Source of the DNA: Amphiscolops sp. MND2022
Taxonomy: Eukaryota
Direction of reading: 5' to 3'
NCBI GenBank assembly: GCA_964187785.1
Contig: OZ076409.1
Coordinates: 3,660,001 to 3,724,000, forward strand
Length of the DNA: 64,000 nucleotides
Shown here: piece by piece, positions 1 to 13,500 of the stretch
How positions within the stretch are numbered: position 1 is the first letter of the stretch
Layout of the letters: each line of letters begins with the position of its first letter
Notes under the pieces: model-generated
Told to the model about the DNA's origin: nothing
The model's database searches: none
What the model saw: only the letters and a program-made list of their open reading frames with translations
Made by a program: the position numbers and the translations under genes

Positions 1-1303
1 CCTCCTCGCTCCTCAGGGCAGCGATGACGTTGGCACTCTTCTCCAGGTCTCGGTTGCCCATCACCACCTTGGCGCCCCTCAGAGCCAGGTCACGTGCCGC
101 CTCCTTGCCCACACCCGCACTGCCCCCTGTGATCACGATGACGTAACCGTCCAGCCTGTACTTCTCACGGTCCAGGTAATCGTTCTTGCCCTCGGACTGG
201 GCGGCTTCTGGTTTCACTTCGGCTGCTGCATCTCCGTTTGTTTCTTCTAGTCAAGTCCAGTTTTATTGTTAGGATCAAAAAGTAGATCAAAGATTTCCAT
301 CCAAAAATGCAGTAAAAAACGTGCAAGGAATTCAAATCGATTCAACGAATAACCTGAGAAGTCAATGATGCTTATGTTGAATCTTTATCATGGTTTTGAC
401 ATGCTAATTTCATTGGCTAGTCGCTGAACCGCTTTCAAAATCGCTAGAAAGCTCTTTTCAAACTATTAAATGTTAGACTTCGAGTATGTTTTGAAATTAA
501 ATGATAACTTTTAATTCATTTTTTGCGAGAAAAAAGTCCAATCTATTAGTTGCGCTAATTTGAATCGCTACTAAAATCGCTGAAAAATTCTGCGAGCCGC
601 TAATTCGCTCAATAGCGGTGTGAAAACTGAGTTGATTTCAGAAGTTTTGGTTGAATCCCTAAAATTGGGTTTTATTGTGTTTCCAATGCCGTTTTTTATT
701 TAAGGTAATTGAGATTCAAATATTTCTGCTAAAAGATACTAAATGTACATCAATTTTCTGAAAAACTGCCACAAACACAAAAACTGGTTAAAACAATTTT
801 TTGAACTTTTTATAGTTTTCAAAGGTGTTTGAATCTTTTGCAATCAAAACAACAAAAATTCCGAAGTTTGACAAAGTTTAATCAAAATAGCACTTTTCCC
901 AATATTGAGAAGCAGAAAAGGCTTTTCCCAAAAGCTTTCAGTCGACTATTGGACCCCCAACTGAAGATTCTGTTTTGATTGCAGAACGCGAAACTTTGTT
1001 CAAAAGTGTGAAATTCTTTTATTTTGCATATCCGCTTAAAGTTAGTTTGACATCAAATTGCACTTGATTTGACTGGACATTACTAGTTTCTTCTGTGGCC
1101 GGAGTTTCATCTTTCTTCACTTCTTCGGCAGCAGTTTCAGTTTCTTCCTTCTTAGTTTCAAGTTCCTCCTCCTTCTTTCCATCTTCGGCAGGAGCCCCCC
1201 CACCGTTCTCTTCTGCATGGGTGTCATTCTTCTCCTCAGTTTGGACTTCGTACTTTTCCTCGTGTTGCACTTCGTTGGTGGTCTCTTGAGCCTCTTGAGT
1301 CAT
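1..1303 (-). CDS. Short-chain dehydrogenase/reductase (retinol dehydrogenase 11-14/WWOX-like), 5' part; exons 1303..1084 and 246..<1, truncated by the window edge
   Basis: Exon 2 translates to ...YRLDGYVIVITGGSAGVGKEAARDLALRGAKVVMGNRDLEKS, containing the TGxxxGxG Rossmann motif. The donor A|GTAATG (1083) and acceptor CTAG|AA (247) are phase-1 compatible and join the acidic exon 1 (MTQEAQETT...) in frame. Confidence 0.85.
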
Positions 1304-1417
1304 TTCTACAACTGAAATTTAGAAAATACAAACAATTAGGTCGAAACGTGACACGGAAAATGAGTCAGACACGGGTGAAAATTGGTTATGAACTGCGAGA
1401 CAAAATTGAAAAAAAAA

Positions 1418-2358
1418 CAAGACGAGAACGTCTAAAGTCGGCGCCATATCTAAGGCTCAAAAAGCGTAAAACACTTTTTTTGGAAAAAAATTGAAATTTT
1501 TGAAAAAAAATTTCTTTCAAAAGAAGTCGCATAGTGCCGAAAAATGTAAAAGGGGGGACCCTTCTGGATTTATTAACAAACATTCCGTTGCAAAATATCA
1601 AAAAACTCAAAGGGGGGACCCTTTGGGGACATTAAAAAATTTTCGAAAAAAAGTCGCACAGTGCCGAAAAAAATCCAAAAGGGGGACCCTTTGGGCACGT
1701 CCGGTTTTGTATGTTTCCTTGAAAAAGTAAAAAATGAAAGGGGGACCCTTTGGAGTAAAGTTTGTCTTGGGCGGACTTGGCCTCAGGTGCTCTGCTCAGG
1801 ATTGTAAAAAGTGGACCGATCAGTGTGAGGATTGTAGTCTGAAGAAAAAAAAAGGTCACTGCTATAGTCGGGCATTTTTTCAAGGAAAACGCGCCGACTA
1901 AAAACAAGCCGGGAACGGCATAAGTCGGCGCCATATCTAAAAATCAAAAATAGCAAAAGGACTTCAAGGTGTCAAGTATTCTCTTCTTTAGTACCCGAAA
2001 AACCCAAAAGTTGGACCGAACTGGAACGGTAAAAAAGGGGATTTCAAATTTTTCAACATCCATTCTGTTGCAAAATTTAAAGTTTTCGAAAAACAAAAAA
2101 ACGAGAACTTTGAAAAGCGTCATAGTGCCGAAAAATGTAAAGGGGGCCCTTTGGGATTTTTCATAATCGAATCTGTTGCAAAATATCAAAAAACTGAAAA
2201 AGGGGCCCTTTAGTCTCGCCCGGTATTGTTACGCTGAAAACAGGAACAACCTTTATAGTTCAGTTCTCTGGACCAAATGGTCCAATTTGATAACCTAAAA
2301 CTTCGTAGAACTATTTCGTCAGTTCATGTGGATTGAAGTCACTAATATAGTCGCGTTC
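1418..2358 (-). mobile_element. Two head-to-tail Helentron-associated (HINE/DINE-1-like) elements, family A
   Basis: Subterminal inverted repeat AGTCGGCGC/GCGCCGACT, a short hairpin at one end (AGACG..CGTCT), a second IR at the other, A/T-run insertion sites, no TSD and an internal GGGGGACCCTTT-rich minisatellite. Confidence 0.8.
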
Positions 2359-4091
2359 AGAAAAAGTTCGGGGAACTTCAAATCGTAGCATATTCAAAGT
2401 TTGGGAAACAACGCAGTGATGGATCGTCCACACGCAGTAAATACTGCGCGTCATATTCACATAACCAAAACTTCATTCAATGAGCCAATCAAATTAATCA
2501 GTAAAAATGGATACAACACAAGCGGCGAACTAATTACGATAATGTAATCAGCTATGCTCACGTACATCTGCTGCCCTAAATGCATGAGCGAAGCCATGCG
2601 GAGCGACGTGCCATTACTTGACCAGCGGCAGGTTTTGACGAAAGACGACCTGGAGTGGCGGAAAGCGACGCGGAAAGAGGAAGACTGAGTCATACAACCT
2701 ATATGAAAATATTCTTTGGTATGGAATTCTTTCAACGCTTTGAATAGTTTTTTTTCGAGAATATAAACATTCTACGAATTCAACAGTCACCAGAATTTTT
2801 AACCTAGTGAAAAGACCAGTGGCTACAGAGAAGTATGCATCAGCACGGTAAAACTTCGAAAGCTATCACGAATTCCACCAAATTCACTGTCTACCCGCTA
2901 GTGAATTCCTGCCCCGCCAGGTTAGAAAAACCTCAAAGAAAAACCCATACACGATATTACAGCTTCACGAGGAATCTATGGGCAATCGTTCAAATTTAGA
3001 GCAATGATAGAGATGAGTAAAACGATACGCAGTAAGTTGTAGATAGACATTCACAATTCGGGAAATGCTTGTTTGATAATTTGAAGGAAGAAAAACCAAA
3101 AACCAAAACAATGACATTAAAAACGACATTCAAACAACCTACACAGAATGCGAAATAAGTTTTTTATGGTATGTGAAAGTTTTCAAGAAAATGACACTTT
3201 TCAAGTAAGTAGCAAAACGATGAGCGTAATTTCATAACACATATATGACCATGACATTCTAATTATAATAACAGAGTAGAAAAGATGAAAAAACTAATTC
3301 TAAAAAGTTACTAACAACGTTCCAGAGAAGCCACCGAATGAGTAACTGGGTTCTGATATCTAAACTTGTGAATCTGTCTGACGAAATATTTCGGACAAAT
3401 TGGTATTTGAGAAACAAACGAAACTTATCTCCAGTAGTCATAGAGTAAACTGCATAACAAAACTGCATGCATCGAGGGGATTTCTTTGCAATTTCTCTGC
3501 GAGGAAATGTAACATTCTGAAAAGTCGAAGTTTGCAACAGCAGAAGGCACGATTAAGGTTAATGGAGAGTCTAGTAGTGGTTATTTGAGGGCTTTGTTTA
3601 CATAACTAAGAGAGCGTTCGCTGTGAAATAGAACATTTGCGCAAAATTTTGTAATTACCGGAAATTGGATGTGTCGAAATCAAATAGCAACATTTACTGC
3701 AGCAGATAGATAACATGCATAAAGTCCCGATTTCACAAATATTATGTAATTGGGTACGAGTTGAGTTCATCGACAGATGGTACCAACTGGGACCCTCGGG
3801 TTATAAAAAGTCCAAAAAAATGATACAATAGCACACGAACCCTTCCTTCTTGACCAATACAACACGCAGACCAGACCCGTTGAAGTAACCTCGACGCCAC
3901 CTCAGCAGCAGGAGAGTATATCGGAATTTTCTACATGTCATTGCATGTATAATATGATTTTTTGAAAAAGCGTAAAGGATTGAAGGACCAGTTTTTAAGA
4001 ATGAACTTTTGCACCATATAAAACTTAGAGAGCCTGATAATGATTTTGAAGACTTAACACCTGCATTGAGTAGGACGCATGGTCGGTGGTA

Positions 4092-5289
4092 CCAGGTGAA
4101 CAGAAAAACGGAATGCACAGAAATGTGTCTTCGAAGTAGTTTTACCTGTAAACAAGGACAGTGAAATTCTTTTTTTTCTGTTGTCAATCATTAGAAAGAA
4201 GCCCTTGTTACGTAATCACATCTTCAACTAAGGATGTTTCGAACCATCAGAAGAAGTTTAGACATATGTACTACTAGGTGAACCAAAAAAAAACGGAACG
4301 CACAAAAAATTTTATACTCTCAAAATGTCAAATATTTGTCACAAAATGTTTCAAAACAACTTTGAACGCTGAAATTCAGCTTGTCAATCTTTCAGTTTGA
4401 CAACATGGCTTTCACACATTCGAGTGTCAAAGAACTTTCACACTTCAGAAGTGCCAACAACTTGACTGGTAAAGATGTCTAGAATTTCTCGGAAAGTTTA
4501 AAGTATGCTCTGTTGAAGATGTGGTTACGTAATAAAAGCTTCATTTTGAATGCTCCACCGAAAAAGTGAATGCTTAACAGTGAATTGTTTACAAATATTC
4601 CAATTTTTGAACACTGAAATTTTTGTGCGTTCCGTTTTTTTTGGTTCACCTAGTACCAGTCATTTCCTCCACATCAAATCGTTCGAAGTCGTCGCGAAAC
4701 GTTCGTTGACAAGTATTTGAAACTTTAGATAGCTCGAAAATTTTTATACGTTCCATGTTTTTGGTGTAACTAGTACTATTACTGAGCTTATTTAGATGAA
4801 GGCGTGATTATGTAATGAGAGCTTCAATCCAAATGATTGACAGAAAATTGAAAAAGTTTCAGTACCCAGTTTACAAATTATACAATTTTGAAAACGCAAT
4901 AATCTGCGCGCTTTTTTGGTTCACCTACTAGGTGAACCAAAAAAAACGGAACGCATGAAATCATTTTGAGCTCTCAAAGTTCTAAATATTTGTCAACAAA
5001 TGTTTCAAAACAACTCTGAACATTGCAACTCAGCTTGTCAGTCATTCACTCTGACAACTTTATTCGAAGCAAATGAACTTTCACACATCAGAAGTGTGAA
5101 CGAAATGACTGGTAAAGACGTCTACCCTTTTTCCGAAGCTTCGGTTCATTCTTTGTTGAAAATTTGATTACGTAATGAGAGGATGATTGACAGAGACAGT
5201 GAAAATTTTCAAGTGTCTTGTTTACAAATATTACGTTTTTGAAGAGTGAAATATTTTTGTGCGTTCCGTTTTTTTTTTGGTTCACCTAG
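4092..5289. mobile_element. Cluster of nested Tc1/mariner-type MITEs (CTAGGTGAACC TIR family; copies 4274-4653 and 4928-5289)
   Basis: TA|CTAGGTGAACCAAAAAAAACGGAACGCA ... TGCGTTCCGTTTTTTTGGTTCACCTAG|TA. Confidence 0.85.
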
Positions 5290-5571
5290 TAATAGGTGAC
5301 TCACAAAAGACGGTACACCTAAAAATTTTGCAAAAAAGTGACAACGTAAAAATGTTTCATCTGACATACGAGGACATCTGACAGACATGGCAGGTTCTTT
5401 GAACTGAAATCAAGAAGAGCCATCCATCCAAAACCTGCTTTTTGATTTACAAGCTCAACTCAGAGTAACACACACATTGACAGCAGTTTGAAATGGACTA
5501 CACTGTCATCAATCAAAAGTCATGAATTTGAAAATGCCAGCAGCTTGTTCGCAAACGTGGGTGCTTTGGAA

Positions 5572-6640
5572 ACCGTTTCAAAAAGTTCGCGAGACTAGAA
5601 CTAATTAATATGTTAATGACGTAATCCATTGGTCTGAATAATCTTATCTATTAGACTATAGATTTAAAAAACTAAAGATTCAGCATATTGATGTCGTACC
5701 CGTACTGAGACTCCATTCAATTCCATCGATGGCCATCGCATATTTTTCCGATGGGCATCGATGGCCCATCGATGGGATTTGAATTATCGCCCAGCGCATG
5801 GGGGCACTTGTGGAGCATTTTAGAGTTTGTCTAATTTTAACCTACTCTCATTTCCTTTTGAGCCTGAGTAAGCATTCTCGAGCCTGAAAATCACTTATTT
5901 CGGAGCCTTGACCTTGAATTGTTTGAAAAATAAATTGAAAAACCCGTCAAAATTGGAATTATCCGCATGAAAATGCGACGGAATCGAGCTTCCGTTGCTG
6001 GGAAAACGATCTGCTTGTAAGAAGACAAAATATTTGAAATATGCAGAAATTTGACTCTGAAAATACGTATTTATATCAAAAAATTTGGTGTTTTTTCCTC
6101 GGAAAGTCAACAGAATCCGGTTTTTCACAAAAAAATAAATAATATGGATAACTATGTATAACTTCATTTCCGAATAAAATGTTTGGGCATCCTCGAAATC
6201 CCAAACAAAGCTTAAATAGACTGAATGAAAAACTTAAATGGCAAGACTTTTGTTGAAATTTTGAACATGGCCAAGTCGAACGAATTTTTTTGACCGAAAA
6301 TTTCGATTCCCATCGATGGGGTCATCATTAGAAAAACTTCATCAATGCCCATCTGACGCTTGATTCGTTTTGTGAGTACAGATTTTCGACCCAATTTGAC
6401 TTTTTTCTGTCTGTCAGACCGCTTAATACCTCGCTTCAGGATTCCTCTAAGTCTTGACTCGGAAATCGAGAAAATCCGAGCAATTGCTGAGTTTGTATAA
6501 TACGGGTTTGCATCTTTAAAATGGTATATCAATTTTGCAAGGGAGTCAGATGCGCGTTTGCCTCACATCGTTGCAGAAATTGATGCGATGGCATCGTTTG
6601 CTAAAAGACTGGTACCTAGTCTCGCGAACTTTTTGAAACG
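5572..6640 (-). mobile_element. Tc1/mariner remnant with HTH fragment (ORF 6212-6532) and a nested insertion
   Basis: TIRs CGTTTCAAAAAGTTCGCGAGACTAG / CTAGTCTCGCGAACTTTTTGAAACG. SAIARIFSISESRLRGILKR...GRKSVLT resembles the paired-like HTH/GRPR region. Confidence 0.7.
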
Positions 6641-7525
6641 ATCTATAGACTGCTATTATAAACAGTATCAGACACACAAAGATTACCAGAAAACTCAACA
6701 CATTTTAGGCTACTGAATACATGTATAATATACAATAATCGTGATATATATATCATATTATATTATGTATTATATATTATTATTTATGTATATTTCTTGT
6801 GCGTACTGCTAATAATTTATGCATTTGACACAATTTTTCTAAAAATATTTGTTTGCGTTTAAACTTTTTCCATCGTTTTGTTTCATGGTTTAGGAATAGT
6901 TTAATCCGGAAACTAAATTCAAATGAGATGTTAACTAAAATTAATTGAATGCGTTGAGTTTTTTGGTTATTTACTGTGTTGAGTTTTCCGTAACCCACAA
7001 GAAACTTGGTGTCAGGTCTAGATTTTTAAGTATATTTCATATGAAACAGCAGCGTGGATACTCATCATTTAATACAAAATGTGCCCAATACACAGGAGCG
7101 AAGCCGCCTAGCGGAGTGATCTAGAGTTTGTTTCCAAAAAAAGCTGACCCAGGGAGTGCAAAGCACAACAGCACATTCAAGACAAAACAATAATTTAACA
7201 TAAAAGCGGGCTTCGTAATTCGAACAAAAACTCAAAAAAAAACAAAACGGGGGATCATTTAGGACCCTTAGATCCTCTTCACATACAAAGCTTTATATAG
7301 AAATTGTAGATTTTTTATAGTCACTTCGACCGATTTGAAAAAAATATATATATATTTAAATTTCACTAAGCGTCGACTAAAAAAATCACAACTGTCTGAA
7401 ACTTTCATTATATCTGAAAAAAACGTTCCATAAACGTGATTAAATCAAATTTGAGCATTGAAAGAAGGTAAAAATCGACAAAATTATTGAAGCTACTGAT
7501 GATGATGATAATGATTAGCAGTGTT

Positions 7526-10500
7526 TTAGGAATCGAAGAGGTCTCTGAAAGTCTGGGCTATGACTGGTATCATGTCACTTGCTACCATGGACCTGCCGTG
7601 TTTGTCGAAGGTTCTTTTGCTGGCTTCTCGGATCAGAACGGAGGCCGCGTAGCTGCCAACCAGAAGGGGATGGTGACTCAACTCATCACTTCTGAAAAGA
7701 AACAGACGGACCACTTAATAAAGAAGGATAGAATTAATGAACAGGACGGGAACGTCTCAAGTCGGCGCTATATCTAAGGCTCAAATAAAATCGAAGGGGG
7801 GAACCTTTGGAGAGAAAAAAAATTAGAGAAAAAGTCGCACAGTGCCGAAAAAAATCGAAAGGGGGGCCTTTTAGTTCCGTCCGGTTTTGTGGGTTACGTT
7901 TAAAAAGTAAAAAACCAAAGGGGGACCCTTTGGAATAACTTAGATGCGTTTACCTGGTATTTAGTTTCCTTTAGTTGAACGTTAACGTTCGTCGCTTCGA
8001 GTCTGTCTTAAAAAAAGTGACTGTAATATTCGGGCTCTTTTAATAATAAAAGCGCCGACTGAAAATGGGAAATCAGTGGAAAAGAGTCACACTATTTAGA
8101 TTCGAAAATGTAAGCAAATCACCTAAAGCCGAATTAGATTAGCCAGAATTTGAAAAGGCTATCTTTTAAATTAGAATCAATGTTGGTTTAATGAATCGGC
8201 TATGTCTTTACGGGGCGCTTGCAACGTCCAAATTCTATCTTCAGAAAGTTCAGTTCTGAAACGTTTCTCGCATTCGGGGTTAGTTAAAACACGAGAGGGG
8301 CACAAGATATGCCAATGTTTTAACCCGGAAGCGTTGTTTTTTGCAGTTATTTTTCCGCCTAAGACGAAAAAATAGGATTGTTGAATAAATATTTACTAAG
8401 ATACCTGCATTTTCAAATGCCAAATTGCACTTCAATTTTCAACTTTTTGGGCAAGTTTCTAATTGAATTTGGCATAAGTTTAGTAACTTCTGTCTTTTTA
8501 CTTGTACTGCAAAAATAATTCGAGGCGGTGAAGATTATTTCGGTACAAATGTCGGATGTATCATCAGATGACTAACTGACCCATTTTCCCGTGCATACTG
8601 CAGAGTCCAGTTGCAGAATACAGCCACAGCAGCTGCCAGAGTGTCTCCCTGCCCCCCACATCTGCAGGGACCCCCACTTCTGTCAATCACCTTGAAGCCA
8701 CTCCCCCCACCCAACAGGGCGTCACTGGGCCCCTTCAGGAGGATGGAACAGCCCCCGAAGAAGTCTGACACGACACGAAGCACTGAAGAAATATTGGCGG
8801 TGGCGTCTTTATTGCACGACGTGGCTGCTTCGTGAACACCCTGGAAAAGCTGTGGACATAGAATTTCGGGTTGCAGAAGTCTTAAGACTAGTTCACCAGG
8901 GGTACGAGATACGAATTTTCGGACAAAATTCGTCGTTTTTTAACTTTTTAAAGTTTTCTCAAAATCCAAGCAATCACGTCCTCTCGCAATATATTTTTTG
9001 AAATCTGCTGCAGTTACCAAGTATTTTTCGTCTTTCATAACATGGTTCTTTCATGAAGACGTACATCTTTTTTCTTCATTCAAATTCAAATTGTTTTTGT
9101 TGGTGAAACTTTGAGCTTGCAAGTTTTCAGGATAGGATTCCTTCAAGCGGGATTGTGCGCCATTGGAAGTCTCTTTTGCTCAAAAATTAATGTTTATTAA
9201 CATACTGTATTTGTGATAAGATTGACCAAATGAATCAAATTATTATTATTATTATTAGAGAATTTGAGGTTTTGGACGAGAAACCAAAGTAGAAGCTGAT
9301 ACTAGTTTTCCTGATTGAAAGCCTTGATCAAGACCTTATGTTAACAAGCCGGGAACGGCCCAAGTCGGCGCCCCATTCAAGGTTCAAAAAGAACAAAGGA
9401 AGGACACAGCGGAAAAATACTCGAAGCATCAAAGAATTCATACACTTGCGAACGTTTGAAGAAAACCAAAGAAGATATCAGTGCCGAAAAAGTGAGAACC
9501 TTCTGCTTCGAAGTACTTGTAAAAAAAATAGCACATACACACGGGTTTGAACACGAACCCTCTGGGTTGAAAAGCAAGCATCATACCACTAGTCCACGAA
9601 CGCCTGAGCTATGCGACTTGCGGACTGAAACGAGAGTTGTCGCCCGGAAAAAAAGCACCCACACTTTCCCATAACACTTGCTTATCGCAAGTGTAAAAAA
9701 CAATGTCGAAAACTTTTCTTCCGAGAAAAAAAATCTCAGTGCCGAAAAACGCAAAGGGAAACCCTCTAAGTTCGCAAAACGCTTTTTCCAACGCGAAAAT
9801 TTTTTAAAGTGAAGGGGGCTCCCTCTGACCTAATGATTTTTTTTCGAAAAAAAGTCACAGTCCCGAAAAAAAACGTAGATCTTTTCCACATGTATTGAGA
9901 AAACTCTCATTAGTCCCAGATGATCAAAACATAACCAAAGAGGTCACCCTTAGGACTCGGAAAATGAGTCTCTGGAACAGAAAACTGTAAAACACCAAAA
10001 ATTGCATCAATTTTTTTCGAATTTGTTTCAACATTTGAAAAACAATTTTCGTTAAATCGCATTGTCTCGAAAAACCTAAGATGGCCCTCTATGCTGCCAA
10101 AGGCTTTGTTTCTGTTAAAAATCGAGGGGCACTTTGGTTTTTAAAAAACTTAGGGTTATACAGGGCATGAAGAAATACGGTACATGAAGGAAACGAGAGT
10201 GAAGAGAGTAAGTGTCCTTACAGCTGCCCTCTTGAGCACCTCCAGTTCCATGAGGTTGGGGGTGAGCACCGCGTTGGGGTATCCACTCAGCAGCTCGGGG
10301 TCGGAGGCCAGCAGATGAAGACTGTCCTGCAGCCAACACAAAAGCATAAATGACGTCATACGATGCAATTACCACAAAACAGTTTTGAATTGTTTCTATG
10401 CTGTATTATCTGTTAAGCGTTTGACAGTCGCACAGTGACGAAATTGCCCAAAAGTCTGACCGTTTATAAATGAAAACATAAAAACGCGAAGCAGAGAACA

Positions 10501-13500
10501 TCTAAAGAAAATATTGTAAAAAGTCGCACAGTGCAAAAAAGACAGAGGAAAACTTTCCTGTCGCCAACATAAAATCATAAAAGACGTCATTCAATACAAT
10601 AACTATAAAAACAGTTTTGACCCTAATTGACACGGGCGTTTTTGCAAATTTTCGAAAATCTGAATTAAAATTTTAAATTATTAATATTTCCACAACTACG
10701 CAAACCAGAGTTTTGAACTATAGAGGGTTTGAAAGGTTTGGTACTGGGCTTTCATTTTGGCTAGGTAAGATTCTGTCAGGCTTCAGAATTTGTCTTTCCC
10801 GGTATCACCGATTCGGGGTCATTCCGCATTTTTCGGAAATAGGAATCGGATTTCCAGCTAATGCAATAACCGTAAGACACAGTTTTAAATGTATGCTGCA
10901 TCATCCGTTGAGCCTCAAGTTACGAGTCAAAATCATCTTTAGTAGAATCTAGTTTATTCCTAAATAACCCAGCGATACTTTAAAGCACCCTACCCTTTTC
11001 AATTCTCATTAGTTTTGTCGGTACCCCATATTCTCTAGCAGTTTTTTCTCAACCATTAATCGGTACCTACAGTAAGGGGTGTTTATAACGGAGGGCTTCA
11101 TAACGACGAGCGTTTATAAGGATCATTTTCCAAATTCCTGTCATATAACAAACGCTTGTAACGACAATCTTTATAACGACGGTTTTGTTACCGACATAAG
11201 AATCAACTGTCCCTCAGGGCCGTAATAAAAGCCCCCTATTGTAGATTGAGTTTTTTTGCACAAAAAATGGTTATACTTTTCCAAAATTCCGTTTTTGGCG
11301 AAATCCAGTTTTATCAAGAGTCATTGCTAAAAGGGACGTCATTTTTACAACACCTCATACCCTTCCACGACAAGACCTTGTGCAACAAACCCCAATACTA
11401 TCCCATTACGATACACATGCCGGTACGAACTAGCAGGATCCTGCTAGTTCGATTTTTGTCCAATCAGAGCGCGAATATTTTTTTTGGAAGTTTTACACTT
11501 GTCACACATTACGCGCATTGATAGGACGTTACACTAGTTGACAGGGCCTGTTGTTACAACAAGTCCCCGCACAGCGCTTGAAATTCGCGCCAACATTAGC
11601 GCTTCACTATATGATATATTCCAGCAAGACGGGAACGTCCAAAGTCGGCGCTATATCTAAGGCTCAAAAAGCGCAGAAGACTTTTTTAAAAAAAACTTTC
11701 AGAAAATGTCGCATAGTGCCGGAAAATGTAAAAGGGGGACCCTTTAGGCTTTATTAACATATATTCTGTTGCAAAATATCAAAAAACTCGAAGGGGGGAC
11801 TCTTTTGAGACAAAATTTTCGGAAAAAAGTCGCACAATGCCGAAAAAAAAATCGAAAGGGGGGGACCCTTTTGCACTAATTTCCGCTGACCGGACTTGGC
11901 CTTATGGTAGTAGTTTTAGTAGTTTCGATTGTAAGAAAAGTGGACCAATCGGGCTTTGTGAAACTCCAGCTGGTTGCAAAAAATGAAAAAAAAATTGAAG
12001 GGGGACCCTTTGGGGACATGAAAAAATTTCCCGAAAAATTTTAAAAATGAGATTTTTGAACAGTGTCACAGTGCCGAAAAATGTAAAAGGGGGACCCTTT
12101 GCAATTTTTTGACATCCATTGTGTTGCAAAATATCGAAACAAATGAAGGGGGACACTTTGGTGAAATCCAAAAAGTTTCAAAAAGTATCATAGTGCCGAA
12201 ATAAGTGGGGCTATGTGGGGATTCTTAGTGTTTTTTTCGAGGTTCTGGACGTCTGTTTTGTTTTTTCTTTTCGTTTTGGACGCGCTTCTGAGGTTGGAGT
12301 TGTTGAGGTTTGACGTTGAACAAATGAACAAAAAAGTGGACCTTACGCGTCTAAAAAAACTACCCACTGTAAGAGTCGGGCACATTTTCTACTAAAATGC
12401 GCCGACTAAAAACATGCCAGACTTATCGTTATTTTCTGAATTTAAATGCTTTCAAGCAAACTTTCTTAATTTCCCAGTTGCCATTGAACTGGTAATATCC
12501 AACCCAATTACGAGATGTTTTTGAGAAGTGAATGTAATAATGATGTCATTATTAACAGTTATTTGCCCAAATATGTCGTTGCATTCACGTCTGTCTTCAA
12601 AAATTCAAACGGAGAGCACGGCTTGTGGTTAGAGCATTCGGTCTGTACTGGGCGGTATCAGGTTCGAATCTCTCTCAACTCACCATTGTTGGGCCTTAAG
12701 CAAGTCCTTCATCCCTAGCCAAGTGGTATGGTCAATGACAAAAAATAACGCCTTCGGTGGAGAAAAGCGAAAACAAAAAGAACAACGGTGAGCAGTCAGA
12801 CCTTTGTGACCTCGAGCAAGTCACTTTGAAACCACAGCTTCAAGTCCACCATTGCTTGGCCATTTTTCTGCTATGGTACCATAGCTTGCTATGGGGAGAT
12901 AGTATCCGAAAAGGCCACCAATTTAGAAGAACAGAACTGCGTATTCGACGTCCAACCCGGGGAATTGGTGATAGAAACTTTTTTCTGAGTGACCCATTGA
13001 CTTTAGAAAGAAACTTTAGACAAAATAAAAAGTAGTGGAATGATTTGAAAACCCAAACCAATTCTTTTCATAATGTGAAATATGGCAAAAACTGACTATA
13101 CTGTTTAAAATGTGATAAATATCGCCCGCATTTAGGAGGCTAAATTTCTATATATGGAAAGAAAGTGACTAACCGCATCGAAGACGAGCAATTTGTTGAG
13201 TAGCTTGGCCTGTCTGACAATCTCTCGGGTGGTGTCAAAGATCTCTGGTTCTCTGCCCAGTCCTGGGCCCACAACCAATGCGTGCAGCCTCGGCAGCCAA
13301 CGGGTGGTCGAATCTGCGTCGCCATCTCTGAAAAAAACTTCTCTCAGTGTCGAAAAATGTATAAGGGCTTTTTCAACATCCATTCTGTTGCAAAAGATCA
13401 AAAAAATGAAGGGGGACCCTTGAAGACATTTAAAAAATTTCAAAACTCTCATAGTGCCGAAAAAATTTAAGGGGGACCCTTCAGCCTGAAGGGTCCCCCT

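Noticed and set aside
1386..2189. Short Lys/Phe-rich ORFs here and in similar regions (36253-38936, 41717-43998, 56179-56722)
   Set aside because: They are chance frames in HINE repeats.
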